A DNA stretch of 34,721 bases from Nemertoderma westbladi. Taxonomy: Eukaryota > Animalia > Xenacoelomorpha. The notes beneath the pieces were generated by a model. It was not told the origin of the DNA and did no database searches. It saw nothing but the letters and a program-made list of their open reading frames with translations. The stretch is taken from the NCBI GenBank assembly GCA_032718475.1, contig JAUCBJ010007780.1, forward strand, positions 1 through 34,721, read 5' to 3'. Of the stretch, positions 34,365-34,721 are shown in pieces; position 1 is the first letter of the stretch, and the number at the start of each line of letters is the position of its first letter. Position numbers and translations under genes: made by a program.

Positions 34365-34556
34365 ACACTGCGGTGTTGCGTGGGGGCCACCAATCCACCC
34401 ACCCACACTCAACTCCCAACTTCCTGGACACTAGGATACTGAGTGAAAGCGTCTGAAACTACTACAGACTATGACAGACTATGGGCTAGCGACTAGGGAC
34501 TGGCGCCCTTGAACATGTAAACGGATCTAGGACACTTCCCCCCCGGACAACAATTA

Positions 34557-34712
34557 TTATTGCTCATTGTTGCTCATTGTTGCTCGTTGTTGGTCATTGT
34601 TGCTCATTGTTGGTCATTGTTGTTCATTGTTGCTCGTTGTTAGTCATTGTTGCTCATTGTTGTTCATTGTTGCTCGTTGTTAGTCATTGTTGGTCATTGT
34701 TGCTCATTGTTG
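34557..34712. repeat. 10-bp tandem repeat (TTGTTGCTCA)n
   Basis: About 15 copies with single-base variants. Confidence 0.95.
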
Positions 34713-34721
34713 TACTTTATT

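Overview
AT-rich, repeat-dense animal (probably invertebrate) nuclear DNA; it is not prokaryotic. It carries three single-ORF genes: a tandem-DED caspase-8/10-like protease (13456-15141, -), mitochondrial ribosomal protein S7 (26142-26891, +) and a short Myt1/ST18/ZTF-11-type C2HC zinc-finger factor (30479-31381, -). The ORF track misses a spliced micro-exon gene encoding an LDL-receptor class A module (exons 7976-8035, 8466-8606, 10670-10737) and two orphan candidate exons. Intergenic DNA holds foldback MITEs, RTE LINE relics, tRNA-derived SINEs, minisatellites and a head-to-tail array of Helentron/DINE-1-like elements (18602-24251). The standout feature is a 624-bp insertion (28493-29116) bounded by a 10-bp target-site duplication. 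It consists of about 1.5 copies of a ~400-nt highly structured unit with a tRNA-like Pol III promoter fused to an intact type I hammerhead ribozyme, i.e. a retrozyme/SM-alpha-like self-cleaving mobile RNA. All family assignments are from motif recognition by eye; no searches were run.
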